The notes: generated from the letters alone by a model not told the origin. A stretch of DNA of 63,753 bases, filler included, from Globobulimina sp. (GCA_003354225.1; 49 parts of 49 records of this genome joined end to end with filler, not necessarily neighbours in it), one strand, 5' to 3'; shown: positions 48,226 to 61,249, counted from the first letter of the whole stretch. A program made the numbers and translations.

Positions 48226-49286
48226 GTCGATTGTGGCATTTGTTACATTCAACGCGTATACGAATCAGACTAGATTTGCCTGGGCTTATCCTGCTTTCAC
48301 ATTGGATCGGGAACTAAGGTACAGAAACGATACATGCATGCAATTACAATCTGACATTGTTTGGAACGTTCTATATTTCATTCAGTTTCTTTCGGTTTCA
48401 TTCAGTTTCATTCAATTGTTGACTGATTGTAATTGCAACGATTAATCGGTTTAATACATATGATTCACCAAATAATTCTTATTTGCATTGATTTATCAGA
48501 ATTTCTGGCAACTAATTTTTCAGCGGCAACAGCTTTTTGACATACATGTGTTATTAGAAACAATTCTTACGCTGGAAAATTAATTGTGTTGTTCTCGTAT
48601 CTCAATACTTTTGTTACTGTAACTCATCAAGAATTCCGCCAGGAACCATAATGCTCTCCACTGCAATTGCTGGAGTGCTATATTTGAGTTTTTATAAAAT
48701 AATGGATTATATATCGGACCGAGATTATTTTGATGTAAATACTAAAACGATATATGTTTTGGCTATCTTAGGTTTGTTATATGGATTGAATCTTACAGAG
48801 AGCATTGAAGCTCCTGTCGAGGGCGAGATTGATAAGGAATATACAAAGAGTATAGTTGACGCAAAACCTTATTTGGGAATGTTGGTGTTTACAGGTTTTG
48901 TGTTGTATGGATTTGTATATCCTATATGGACCAGGTGTGGGTGTTGTGGTTATTATAAGCCAAAAGAGTCAGAGCTTCAGCAAACTGATCATTTGGCTGC
49001 GGACTCGAAGGGGACTCAACGAAATATTATTTCAAATGTAAGCGAGTCACTGTTAAATGAAATTACAAAGCAGATTCGGGAGGAAATGCAACTGACAGCA
49101 CCCCCAATCAGTTCAGTTGCAAGTATTGCAGGTCAATCGGTATCATTATTTAATCCAAACAATAATGATGGACAATATGAATTGATGGCAAATTTGCTTG
49201 ATGAAATTCCAGAATTTAGTGATGAGTATATTCAGGATCAGCAATCTGCTTTGCATATTGCTCGTGACGCTTCTGACGCGCCTTGA
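48226..49286 (+). CDS. Multi-pass membrane protein, 5' partial, probably one intron
   Basis: Several hydrophobic helices and a CGCCG tail. Confidence 0.5.
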
Positions 49287-50020
49287 ATAGACAAATTGTT
49301 GTTGTCAATGACTGCACATGTTGTATAATTATAATAGCTGGTTTGTGTTGCAACTATTTCTTAAAGTTTTTGAAAATCTCTTCAATCAAAAAAATAAAAG
49401 GCCGGATTGCTACTTTCGACTGCTTTTANNNNNNNNNNNNNNNNNNNNNNNNNNNNNNNNNNNNNNNNNNNNTTAATTAATTAANNNNNNNNNNNNNNNN
49501 NNNNNNNNNNNNNNNNNNNNNNNNNNNNTTGCTATGAATGTCAGAGGGCGTCGCCGCGCACTTACGTACAACAAACTCTTCTACGGCACTCTTCTGTCGG
49601 TCGGCCGGTCAGTTGTTCAAATAAGTAACAGCTGTAAGCAACTCCCGCACACTAAATGGGTCAGCTGCTTAGCAATAAAACAAGCCCTATGCGTTCTTTT
49701 GGAAGTGGCAATGACAGAAACAGTCGGAAGTACAAATACACTTTTACAGATCAGAGGGTATAAAGCCATCGAAAAATAGCCCAATCTCATTCTACCATTC
49801 AGTAGTTTCTCGATTAATTCTCATTTCTCGCATTCACATATCACTCCTATTAGTATACTGTACTATTCCCAATATTTATACTTTGTTTAGATTTCACACA
49901 CAACTGTTTAGATTCGTTATGGATCCAAAAGAGTGCAGCTATTTATGTTTTCATCCACTTATAATAGGTACTAAACTTAAAATTAGTTGTTAAAATGGTA
50001 ATTATGCTGTTTGATATTAG

Positions 50021-50567
50021 GAAACGACATGAGACACTCAAACATCCCAATGAGGGGCCAAAAAAGCGCCCGCGTGAACAGGACAGCCAATCATCCTCTG
50101 AATCAAACTCGGATGACTCTGACTCAAGTGACCAGGAAGAGACCGGAATTGAGGATTCAGACGCTTGGGATACTGTCATCAAAGAAACATGCGACAATAT
50201 TGAAATAGCTTCTGACGTGGAAACAGCACAGGATCTACTTAAAGAGCCACATGTTAGTCAATTTCTGGAAACACTCTATGAACAGCTCTTTGAACGGATT
50301 AACTTTGCACGTCACATGGAGTCTGAGAATGAACTCTATGCTAAAATACAACAAACTGCAGACAAATACATCAATGCAGAAGAACAGTATGACAAAAGTG
50401 AAGCATTGAAGAAAGCCTGGTTAGAACGAAAAATAGCAATCATGGACATGCTTTCTAACCATGAAAAGGTTATCAATGAAGCTCTCACTGGTAATAATGA
50501 AACTGATATTCCACCACTAGGATCTAGAGATAGACTGGCAGACATGGTTAATGGGCGATTCAATTGA
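50021..50567 (+). CDS. Hypothetical acidic protein resembling Maverick/Polinton accessory ORFs
   Basis: LY.KI..T......YD..EA...AW..RK motif recalled from invertebrate Maverick-associated ORFs (unverified). TATA box at about 49758. Confidence 0.4.
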
Positions 50568-51469
50568 TAACCACATCACATCGCTCAAACAACATCATCG
50601 CAGCAATGAAAACAGGCCAAAACTAATGCTCATCCAATAAATTTATATAAGTTATACAGTGTTCAATTCCGATGTGTTTAAATTATTGTACTCAACTTTG
50701 TGCTTTCGTACTTTTGTATATAATGTTAAATNNNNNNNNNNNNNNNNNNNNNNNNNNNNNNNNNNNNNNNNNNNNTTAATTAATTAANNNNNNNNNNNNN
50801 NNNNNNNNNNNNNNNNNNNNNNNNNNNNNNNGTAGTGCGTTTTTGTTAATGTACATTTCTTTATCGTTCGGATGCAGGCGATTTACTATCCTATACTAAG
50901 CAATATTCACCAATAAACTGCATCCAATTACATTTAATTGTGATGGATGATGGATGGAATCGATTCGACCATCTGGGGGATTTTACCAAAGAGTTATAGC
51001 ACATGGTCAGCATACTTAGTTACAAAGTGAAGCACTCAAATGTTAGTAAAAATAGAAAATTTAAATGTTGATTGAAGAAATGAACTAAAAGCAAAAACCC
51101 TATAGCAACACAGTGTGTTAGTGTATGTTTTTATGATTGATGGAATTATGGCTAGGATTTTTATAAATAAAAAGTGATGCAAAATAAATAACATTGATTG
51201 TATTATCGATAATGGATACGTTTAGAATTACATTGGTTGTATTATGTGATATATGGTACGTTTATGTTTGTGGCTCTCGGTAGAGGAGAGATTGTATATT
51301 TAAAAATGTATGGTCTTAAAAAGAATATGTGTGGTAAGCATATGGTGGCAGAAGAGAGCAAAGTCAATCACTCCGACTATGAATCACCGATAATATTCTA
51401 CTAAAATCTCGTGGTGAATGCCAGCGATAACGTAAAGATGCAGAAAAATGGCTGTTTGCACGAATATTT

Positions 51470-52034
51470 GTGCACAATTGCAAAAAATATAAGAATAAAT
51501 CGCCTGCATCGGTTGCCAAAGTTCGCTTTGATGCCAATGACCAATTAACCATTCAATGCGCATTAAATGAGAGCAATAAATCGTCGCTATCCTCAGTGGA
51601 ATGCATTACTGAGACAGTTAAAAGTTATTGGAGCAGCTTAGCCAACTTCACTTTTCATGTTTTATCGTCGTTGCTTCCAGGCTTTGGCGCTGCCGATGGC
51701 AATAAACAAGAAATTGCGGGCAAAACCAGTCAGGCCAAGCTACGCACAATAAATTAAAGACTTTGTCTGAATCTGCAAAGTTGGCCAATAAGTGGTTGAG
51801 CTGGAGATTAGATTGCATCGCTAAGTCGTATGAGGCAGACAATATTAATTATACGAAAGCCAAAATGTTGGATAATTTGGATGACTGTTTGGCTGTTTAT
51901 GAATTGAATGAGACATCAAATGCCAACGTGTTGGATTGCCCGCGCTGCGCGCCCCAATTTCCAGAGATTGTATCTCGGAAAGTTGATATATTAAAGACGC
52001 CGAAAGTGTTATTAATACATATTGACCGTGAGGA
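51470..52034 (+). CDS. Ubiquitin-specific protease (USP) fingers-region fragment
   Basis: L.DCL..Y...E......CP.C......RK..I.K.PKVL.IH..R. Confidence 0.65.
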
Positions 52035-52134
52035 NNNNNNNNNNNNNNNNNNNNNNNNNNNNNNNNNNNNNNNNNNNNTTAATTAATTAANNNNNNNNNN
52101 NNNNNNNNNNNNNNNNNNNNNNNNNNNNNNNNNN

Positions 52135-52532
52135 TACTAAACGACTGAAAACAAGGTAGCTGCCATGCCCCCGATGAGTAACCACTTTTGCTTCCATGAC
52201 AAACCAAATAAACGCTTGAAATTCAGCCTTCTTTCTGTCATTGACAGTTTCTTCCAATCTTCATCTTTCTTTCTCGAATCCGCATTTTCATTGTCATTCT
52301 TCTTGACAATATCAGGGGAAATTAATCGAGATTTAAAACCATCCACATTATCGCTGTTGGCCATGGATTTATCATTGTTTTCAATATATCCACTCAATTC
52401 CACATCAGTTTTATTTCTCCTCATTATACAGTATATGCTTCGATCAGTTAATTGCAATTTGGCTTCATTTGTAGTGTTAGCATTATGTAGATGTGTAGAG
52501 TAGTTTTCACGGTGCGTTATTTGAAGTGACAA
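52135..52532 (-). CDS. ABC transporter B-family N-terminus, partial
   Basis: FKRLFGLS..QKWLL..G...L, the elbow helix preceding TM1. Confidence 0.55.
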
Positions 52533-52764
52533 AACAGAGTCTGACGTGAATTCAATTATTTTACTTTAATAAATTAAAGACATCATTTGATCTAAATTCT
52601 AAACAAGCCATCAAATTAAAACTTAATCCCATTCGCAGATAGCTTCCAAGTACATTCTATTAATTTCCTTAATCCAAAAAAATATCTTTTCCAATGCTGC
52701 AGCAACGCCATTATTGTATGCCTGAAAAACAAATAAAAACCATCAGTCAATGCTCATTAAGTTT

Positions 52765-53337
52765 CTACAAAAAGCAAAGTCTTACTCTTACCTCCACCGC
52801 AGCTCTTGGCCCACAAAATATGCCATATATCGCAACACCAACACAAATTAACACGACTGCAACAGGAGTCAATACAAAAGATACTATAACGAAGGGAAAA
52901 CAAGCAAATATCCATATACATCCATCACCCTGCAAAGTTCTGCAAAATGTTTTATACCAAAAGTAATATCCTTTGCATAAGCATGGTAGTAAGTATATGG
53001 CGGATAAAAATGCAATCGCAGGAAAGTCAATAATAATTGCAATGACACAAATAAATAAACCAACAATAATTTGAATAAAACTAATATCAAACGGCACCTC
53101 GTCATCTTTCAATGGTTGCCTAAACTCCTCCAAATATACAAAATATGAATGACTATTAAAGTCATAGAAATCAGCAACATGCTTACACGCGTTTTTCCAG
53201 CCAGCATATATTCCGCCATAAAAAACATTATATTCTGTGTCAAACTGGTCATAGAAGCTGGGCATAAAACAAATGTTAAGCAAATTATAATACATTACAA
53301 ACTGTCGCACGGAATGCCCAGTAAACTCCCAAAACCA
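52765..53337 (-). CDS. Multi-pass membrane protein, partial
   Basis: Hydrophobic helices with DF.DF..HSYF and DFP.I motifs. Confidence 0.55.
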   Translation of the reverse strand, partial: WFWEFTGHSVRQFVMYYNLLNICFMPSFYDQFDTEYNVFYGGIYAGWKNACKHVADFYDFNSHSYFVYLEEFRQPLKDDEVPFDISFIQIIVGLFICVIAIIIDFPAIAFLSAIYLLPCLCKGYYFWYKTFCRTLQGDGCIWIFACFPFVIVSFVLTPVAVVLICVGVAIYGIFCGPRAAVEVRVRLCFL

Positions 53338-53437
53338 NNNNNNNNNNNNNNNNNNNNNNNNNNNNNNNNNNNNNNNNNNNNTTAATTAATTAANNNNNNN
53401 NNNNNNNNNNNNNNNNNNNNNNNNNNNNNNNNNNNNN

Positions 53438-54045
53438 TCAAAATGAAGTTGGTTACGGATTGGATCATTTTGAAATTTCCATATCAGAGGATATTGATTG
53501 TTGTTTGGACGTTGTAACATTGTTGGCATATTACAGCAGGAATTGCATATATTGTTAGATGCTTTGCAAACACGTTCGTTTCCATTATTGGTATTTACTA
53601 AAGACAGCACATTCCCAATGGCGAGCGGTGTGTTTGGAATTATTTGTTGATCAAAACCAGGATAAATCCAGTTATCTTTGGAATTGTCGATTTCGATCAT
53701 ATTGGAAATGTACTGCGATGCGGCAACGCTGAAGGAAATGACGAGATCTCTATCACCTGAACTTGTTGCATCATTGCTGTCTAACTCGAATTGTATGTTT
53801 GACACTTTAGTTGGATGGAAGCCCCATGTTTGGTCGAGGTTGACCAACATATGATATCCTATCATAGAATTTACGGTATAATCCCACTCATTGTTAGCAT
53901 TATCGACTGTGACATCTGTATTTAAAATGGAAACACTAGCACCATTTAACTGTGTGGTGAATATATCCAGGATGGCTGTGTTATTGACAGTTGTTTCGTA
54001 GCCATCTGTGCGTTTACCAATCAGAGTCACTAATAACAACAGCAT
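53438..54045 (-). CDS. Secreted hypothetical protein, 3' partial
   Basis: Signal-like MLLLLVTLIG start and a long open frame. Confidence 0.55.
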
Positions 54046-54190
54046 TAATTCATTTAATTGTGAAGATAAAACCTTGTGGTTCAGTGAAGTAAAGTTTTTT
54101 TTCAACTTTAAGTTACCATCGTTCTAAACCAAAGCGAAGCGAACGGAACCAATTAACGAACGCACGCACAACATACCAAAATCGTATAGC

Positions 54191-54639
54191 ATGTCAGGTG
54201 CAGCGGGTATTGATGAATTCGAAACCAAAGTAGCGGAGACTATAGAGCTCGGAAAATTACATTCTAAACAAGACTCAGCAACAGAGACAGGAACAGAGAC
54301 AGTGGCAGAGACAGAGACTGAGATCGATATCGATATCCAGTGTTCATGTGGGCATAAAAAAGCAATGAAGAAAAAGCCGCATGGTATAGACTCTGCGCAT
54401 GACAAAACATGTAACCTTTGTTTTGTTGGACTGGACAAACGTAAATATTACAAGTGCGAATCTTGTGAATGTGGTATATTTTACTGTCTGCAATGTGCAT
54501 TGCATGAATTTTATGAAATGCAAATCCATTCGGTCGAGATTTATACCGACAACAATTATTCCTTGATCATTTTGGGAAATGTCTCATTAGCGATGGTGCT
54601 CATTGCAGATAGTTATTGGATATTACTCATTGTTTTTTT
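54191..54639 (+). CDS. Zinc-finger + membrane protein, 3' partial
   Basis: CSCGH...C..C...Y.C..C.C...YC..C followed by hydrophobic helices. Confidence 0.55.
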
Positions 54640-54739
54640 NNNNNNNNNNNNNNNNNNNNNNNNNNNNNNNNNNNNNNNNNNNNTTAATTAATTAANNNNN
54701 NNNNNNNNNNNNNNNNNNNNNNNNNNNNNNNNNNNNNNN

Positions 54740-55441
54740 CAATAATCTTCCAATACATAATCTTCCTTAACATCAGCAGGCAAAGCCTCAAATACACATT
54801 GTATTCCTGCTGACATTAATATATATTTACCACTGGTTGTTGCAGTCAATAATGCTTTGCCGGAACCCATAATAGATTCCTTCGTTATTGATGATTGTCT
54901 CGTACCTGTATAATAAAAACATTTTTGTGTATGTTTTACATATTTTTGTATATGTTTACATACTCTGTCCCGCATTGCGTCGTTTCTTTCTTCTTCTAAC
55001 AGCCCCAACAAAGCCATCACCTCCATCACGTCCACCACCTCCATCTTGGGAATAAATCAAATTATTATTATCACGATGGATATTATTATTATGTACTGGT
55101 TGTGACATGTTTTGTAATCGATTATGTGATCGATTCATAGCATTGAATACATCCGCAGCGTCTGCATGTTTTCTATCGTCGTTGTCTTTGTTATTCGGTA
55201 TATATTTATCGATACATTGTACGCAATGTTTGATCCAATCCATTGCAAATTCATACGAATAATATCTACTTACAATATTATTTAATGACCATTCTTTACA
55301 ATATGTGCCTTTGCATACTGCTTTTAAACTGTCTGAGTCTGTGCAATATTCTCTTCTTTCTCCTGCTGTTTTTATTCTTTGCTGCCAAGTATCTATATAT
55401 CCCGCCCAACGTACGCATTTTCTTGTGTTTTGTATGTCCAT
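54740..55441 (-). CDS. Hypothetical protein with a frameshift near 55040
   Basis: Two overlapping minus-strand ORFs. Confidence 0.4.
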
Positions 55442-55667
55442 TCCTATGTATATATATATTATATATTATCAATTTGTTGTTTCATTGTATCAGGATTTTG
55501 GATAACATACGACTGCGTAAAGCGCGAGCTAATAATCCGAAATGCAAATAAATGGCCGCCTGCTTTCTTTGTTGTTCGTCCATTATTGAGTGTGTAACAA
55601 AAAAACTTTGCTCAAAAACATTAGTGGATTTTTGTAAGAATAATGTCAAACGGAGTTTCAACGGATT

Positions 55668-55782
55668 TATGTGTTTATGTTTAAGTTGTTTATGTGTTTA
55701 TGTTTATATGTTTATATGTTTATGTTTATCTGTTGTTTATGTGTTTATGTTTACATGTTTATATGTTTATGTTTATCTGTTT
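55668..55782. repeat. (ATGTTT)n-type microsatellite
   Basis: Degenerate TGTTTA/TATGTT repeats. Confidence 0.85.
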
Positions 55783-56041
55783 AATACGTTACTTACTTAT
55801 TAATAAAATATCAATGATTTTGGAATGATCATAAACGAAAAATATGATAAATTATCACAAAAAAATAAAAACGATGAAAAAGAGGAATTTGAAAATGATG
55901 AAATTATGATAAAAAGATTAAAAAAAGAATTAAATGAAAATNNNNNNNNNNNNNNNNNNNNNNNNNNNNNNNNNNNNNNNNNNNNTTAATTAATTAANNN
56001 NNNNNNNNNNNNNNNNNNNNNNNNNNNNNNNNNNNNNNNNN

Positions 56042-57243
56042 TGAAGAACCGCCAAGAAAAAGACAGAAAACAACCATAAGTCCTCCAACAAATCTCAATT
56101 TCAGTTCGACAAATTCTGATTTATCTGAAATTAATGCAGTTAATACTTCAATACATTCAAATTCAACTCCAAATTCAACTGAAACTTCAAATGTTATTAT
56201 TCAAGAAATTAATGATGAAGATTTTAAACAATCAATAAATATTTCGTATGTTTCATCCATTCGTTTTACCAAAAAATCAGAGAAAAAAAAATAAAAAAAT
56301 AGAAATTCAAATCCTTCAAATTCTTCAACAACTGTTCCACGATCGACATTAACCCCAATTCTTGGTATTTTTTTGCTTTTTTTTTATTTTAGACAATACT
56401 CAATCGCAGTGATATAAAAGAAGGTGATTTAGCGAGTTTGAGTGAAGACAGTCATTTAAGTGATGTTTCAGGAATAAATGAAGAACAATCGGATGTAATT
56501 AGTAATTTCTCCGAATCTCTAAATCAAAGATCTCCCGCACCCTCAATCTATTCACATAACACAACCGCAGCTGTACATAATAATAATAACAACAATTATC
56601 AATTCCAATCCAGTTCGTTTCCAACAATGAATCATATCAATTCCACTCCAAATGCATTCAATAAAAATCACCAATCACAAAGAGCCCAAACAGTGTCAAA
56701 TTCAAATTCAATCTGTGGAGCAGCGACATTTCAAATCAATAACAACTTACATACAACAAACCCAATCACTCCGTCAACCCACATTTCCTCAGGAAATCGG
56801 AGTACATTTTCGACCATAAACCCGATAATAACACCAAATACGCACTCATCGCCATCGCCATCTGCAAATCTATCAAATATGTCAACCATATCAAGCCCAG
56901 CACGCTCGAAGAGAGTGGAATATGTTCAGCAAAATATCGTAAACCCACTCAATGAGTATTCCGCCACTCCCAATAATTCTATTTTCGTGCAAGATATACA
57001 AACCGTAACACCACAAACTGTCACACCGCCATTACCGCCGCAGACACCGCACAGTTCGCATGACAGCGACAATGATATCATCGACGAAATGGATAACGTG
57101 CCTAATATGCCTCAATTATCTGTAGATACCATACCCCAACAACGGCCACAACGGCAGGTCCAAAGAAGTCCGCTACGAAACCAAGCAGCGCCGAGATCGA
57201 GTGGCCATTCATCGATGATAAGGGAGCCCGGCGATGCCAGACA
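56042..57243 (+). CDS. Ser/Asn/Pro-rich low-complexity protein, multi-exon, partial
   Basis: Long ORF from 56438 to the contig end, plus upstream exons with GT donors. Confidence 0.55.
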
Positions 57244-57343
57244 NNNNNNNNNNNNNNNNNNNNNNNNNNNNNNNNNNNNNNNNNNNNTTAATTAATTAAN
57301 NNNNNNNNNNNNNNNNNNNNNNNNNNNNNNNNNNNNNNNNNNN

Positions 57344-57515
57344 TATTATCTACATTATCTACATAAAATGGAACATTTCTCCTTAATACGAAGGAGCGAC
57401 TTGGTGATAGAGGTTGAATTTGATTTGGTTTTTCGTAATATTTGCGAACTGCTGCGATTGATAGAATGACAATGATGATGATGAGAACAATAATCATTTC
57501 AGTATTTAATTTCAT
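57344..57515 (-). CDS. Small membrane-anchored protein, 3' partial
   Basis: N-terminal TM helix (IIVLIIIIVILSIAAV). Confidence 0.45.
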
Positions 57516-57588
57516 TGTATATATAGTATGACGTGTGAATTGCGTAATTTAATTATGATATCTAAATTACTCAACATATATTTTAATT

Positions 57589-58224
57589 ATGTCTTCGTAT
57601 AGGAGGTATGCTGAAGTTGAAAGCGCATTGAATAAATATTCATTGGACAATGAAGTAGAAAGTAGATTGGTAGATTTAGTGGAAGAGTTTGTGGGATCGG
57701 ATTTATTTGGTATTGAAACGGATTTTGGTATTGAAATAGTAGTAACATTATGTGATGGATGTAAAGAAAGACAATGTATATTTTCGTCATTTTTTGGAGG
57801 AAAGGCTCCGAGTGATTGGGTAAAAATTCGATGTGTTGATTGTTTCAAGATACAATTATATTGTGGTAGATGTCAAGATAATTATATAACATCAAATGTT
57901 CGGCAAGAAAGTCAGATTGTGGAAAATGATCAAGGTGTATTATGTTTGGATTCATCAGAGGAGATGAAGGATGCGGATATGTCGTGGGATTGTATTGATA
58001 TGTCAGACGACGAAGATTATTTAGAGTTAGTAAAGAACTATGTATGTAAATGCTGTAAGGAGGAGTCACCGGAAGGTAATTTATGGAAGTATGTGGAATG
58101 TGTTACTTGTTCATCAAGCGTAAGAGTTCAAGATACATTTCCGATTCAATGTATCAAATGTAGAAATCTAGTAACATATGATTGTTGTGCCAAAAGGATG
58201 GTATGTAATTGTATCAGTTTTTAA
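57589..58224 (+). CDS. Cys-rich hypothetical protein with multiple CxxC motifs
   Basis: Complete intronless ORF with CDGC, CVDC, CGRC, CKCC, CVTC and CIKC. Confidence 0.6.
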   Translation: MSSYRRYAEVESALNKYSLDNEVESRLVDLVEEFVGSDLFGIETDFGIEIVVTLCDGCKERQCIFSSFFGGKAPSDWVKIRCVDCFKIQLYCGRCQDNYITSNVRQESQIVENDQGVLCLDSSEEMKDADMSWDCIDMSDDEDYLELVKNYVCKCCKEESPEGNLWKYVECVTCSSSVRVQDTFPIQCIKCRNLVTYDCCAKRMVCNCISF

Positions 58225-58233
58225 ATAAAATAA

Positions 58234-58485
58234 TTAATTGTTATTTAAAGAAAATGTTAATTTTGTAGGTGTTAAACATCGAAATTTTGTATGTTGTTTC
58301 TTTGGCGATGGTGTAAATGGTTCTACACCTAATTCCGTAATTTGTTGTGATAATACTGTATCAAATACATCATTCGGAATAATTTGATAACCATCACCCA
58401 TCAATGATTGTAGGAAATGTAATCGTTGTTGTTGTCTAATAACAGAATCAATAATGTTATCTAAAATTTGTTTGCTAACATCCAT
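58234..58485 (-). CDS. Small hypothetical protein
   Basis: Complete ATG ORF convergent with 57589-58224 across a 9-bp gap. Confidence 0.45.
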   Translation of the reverse strand: MDVSKQILDNIIDSVIRQQQRLHFLQSLMGDGYQIIPNDVFDTVLSQQITELGVEPFTPSPKKQHTKFRCLTPTKLTFSLNNN

Positions 58486-58645
58486 CGAGTGGTAGAGGTG
58501 TGTAAGAGAAGTTTTTGAACAAAAAAAAAGTTAAACTAAAAAATANNNNNNNNNNNNNNNNNNNNNNNNNNNNNNNNNNNNNNNNNNNNTTAATTAATTA
58601 ANNNNNNNNNNNNNNNNNNNNNNNNNNNNNNNNNNNNNNNNNNNN

Positions 58646-58871
58646 ATTCGGTGTAAGTCACTGCGTCTTTGACAACATTTTCTAAGAAGGTCTTAATTAC
58701 AGATCGCGATTCATCATAAATCTGGCCAGAGATCCTTTTGACTCCACCTCTTCGCGCTAAACGTCTGATGGCTGGTTTTGTAATTCCAGCAATATTTCCT
58801 TTTCCTCCTTTTCTGAAACGTTTGGCACCGCCTTTCCCCAAACCTTTGCCTCCTTTACCACGACCGGACAT
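58646..58871 (-). CDS. H4: Histone H4 (divergent), 3' partial
   Basis: [18 protein letters not shown]...[21 protein letters not shown]...DAVTYTE. Confidence 0.98.
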
Positions 58872-59458
58872 TGTTGATTTATTAATAAATTTATTAATTA
58901 AAGAAAATCGGAATTATTAATATGAATATGTAAATCGGAAGAGATTGATGTTGTTTTTGTTTTTGGTGAAGAAATGACAAATGCAAATACATGACATATT
59001 ATATCATAATTCCCAATATGTTGCTCATCAATAATTAGAAACGAATTTCTATTTTATTGGTCACATCAATCACAACTCGCTAAGTTGCATTTTGTGTCTC
59101 ATTTGAATTAATATTGCAATTGAATCCATTCTCAATGACATCCACGTGCATGGATCTGATCTGCACCATCATATTCTATATCATATCATATCATATCAAG
59201 TCGATTGTACATCCTTCAATTGATAAACTATCCACTCCATAATTTAACAAATATAATTTAGATCAAAGTGACTTGAAAGTGTGCTATCTTATGTACATGA
59301 CATGGAGGGTATGTGCCATGTTTTTGATTGTCATGTGATAAATTTCAAGCCAAAGCAAAATCAATCATCAAAAATCCATAATGTATACAGATACAGATAC
59401 TAAGCATACAAATCATTTACTAGTAATTCTCAAATTGAATAATATAATATTCTGAAAT

Positions 59459-59478
59459 TGGTGGTGTTGAGAAACACC
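59459..59478 (-). promoter_or_regulatory. Histone mRNA 3' stem-loop
   Basis: GGTGTT-TCTC-AACACC-ACCA: a 6-bp stem, 4-nt UYUC loop and ACCA tail, 45 nt after the H2A stop. Confidence 0.75.
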
Positions 59479-59523
59479 TGGTAAAAAATAAAATAATTAT
59501 ATACAAATTAAAAAATGCTGATT

Positions 59524-59847
59524 TTAGTTTTTCTTTTTTCCTTTTTTTTCTGGCAATAAGGCAGCATTAATATTTGGTAAGACACCGCCTGACGCAATGA
59601 TAGCATTTCCAAAGAATTGGTTCAATTCATCATCATTACGAACAGCTAACTGAATGTGTCTTGGGATGATTCGCAATTTCTTATTATCTTTGGCAGCATT
59701 ACCGGCCAATTCCAATACTTCGGCCACGATATATTCTAAAACAGCTGCCATATAAACTGGTGCCGCACCACCAACTCTTTTGGAATAACCTCCTTTCCGC
59801 AAATAACGAGCTAAGCGACCAACTGGGAATTGTAAACCTGCTCTGGC
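59524..59847 (-). CDS. H2A: Histone H2A, 5' partial
   Basis: [10 protein letters not shown]...[38 protein letters not shown]...GGVLPNI. Confidence 0.98.
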   Translation of the reverse strand, partial: ARAGLQFPVGRLARYLRKGGYSKRVGGAAPVYMAAVLEYIVAEVLELAGNAAKDNKKLRIIPRHIQLAVRNDDELNQFFGNAIIASGGVLPNINAALLPEKKGKKKN

Positions 59848-59947
59848 NNNNNNNNNNNNNNNNNNNNNNNNNNNNNNNNNNNNNNNNNNNNTTAATTAAT
59901 TAANNNNNNNNNNNNNNNNNNNNNNNNNNNNNNNNNNNNNNNNNNNN

Positions 59948-61149
59948 AGCAAACGTATTAATTCCCCGTCGTGTCGTGTTTCTCATTGATAGATCCTACA
60001 GTATGCACGGCGACAAATGGAGCAAAACAAAAACAGCCACAATAACTGCATTGAATCTCTTACGACTAAATTATGATAGATATTGCGTTATATTTTTTGA
60101 TCAAAACATGAAACAATTTCCTCCTCAAAATCGTGTAATGTTATTAGCAGACAATGAAAACATTCAAAATGCAATTAGTTATGTTCAAAATATGGGGCTT
60201 GGCGGTGCCACGGATATAAATGTTCCCTTATTGCGGAGTATCGAGTTAATCAAAAATGATATCAGATTATTAAATGGTGATAATGTTGTAAATAATAAAT
60301 ATACCAACAATGACGAAGAGGATGAATTAGTTGCTTTGATAAAAATGATGGATGATTATGAATATTATGATGATACGGTTGTGCCTGAAAGTGCAACACA
60401 GGAAAAAAATAATACATCATTGCCACAGACTGACAATAAAAATGTAGATTATTTGGCAGATAATTATAATTTTTATATGAATCAAATTATATTAATTTCA
60501 GATGGTGAGCCTAATAATGGTGTGACAGATACAAATGCCATATTATCAAATGTGTCAAACGCAAATAAATTAGATGGCATTGATAAATATTCACAAAAGA
60601 TATCCATATTTAGCTTTGGTGTTGGTAGTAACAGAAACGATGCAGTCTGGACAAAGGATTTAAATCATTCGTTTTTGAAATTGTTATCATTAAACAACAA
60701 TGGAATGTATGAAAGAGTAAAACAAATAAATGGTGAAACTCGATTGAATGAATATTATCATGTTTTATCAAAACCAATTTTAACAAATATTGATATTAAA
60801 TATAATACAAATAATATTAAAAACATTACAAATACAAAATTTAGCACATTATTTCATGGAACAGACCTTATTATTTGTGGTCAATTAATCGATGATAAAC
60901 AATTAAATATTGATGTAACAATATCAGCAATTACAGGTAAAGAGGTGAAAGAAAATAATAAATTTATTACAAAACCAATTCATATAAATAAAGAAATTAC
61001 AATTAATATTGCTCAAAATAATGAATATAAAGAAAGTGAATATGAGAGTAATATCGAACGAATGTGGGCCTATTTTAAATTGCAACAGTTTTCTAAACAA
61101 AAATTAATGTTCAATGATATGATTGAAATGGATGAGAATGAACAAAACC
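59948..61149 (+). CDS. vWA-domain ITIH-like protein (paralogue of 6772-7724), partial
   Basis: PRRVVFLIDRSYSM, GGATDI, IILISDGEPN.G, FSFGVG, L..LS..N.G and ERMWAY. Confidence 0.9.
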
Positions 61150-61249
61150 NNNNNNNNNNNNNNNNNNNNNNNNNNNNNNNNNNNNNNNNNNNNTTAATTA
61201 ATTAANNNNNNNNNNNNNNNNNNNNNNNNNNNNNNNNNNNNNNNNNNNN

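Noticed and set aside
6772-61149. The two VIT/vWA fragments as halves of one gene
   Set aside because: Their overlapping MIDAS regions differ (VIDKSGSM versus LIDRSYSM), so they are paralogues.
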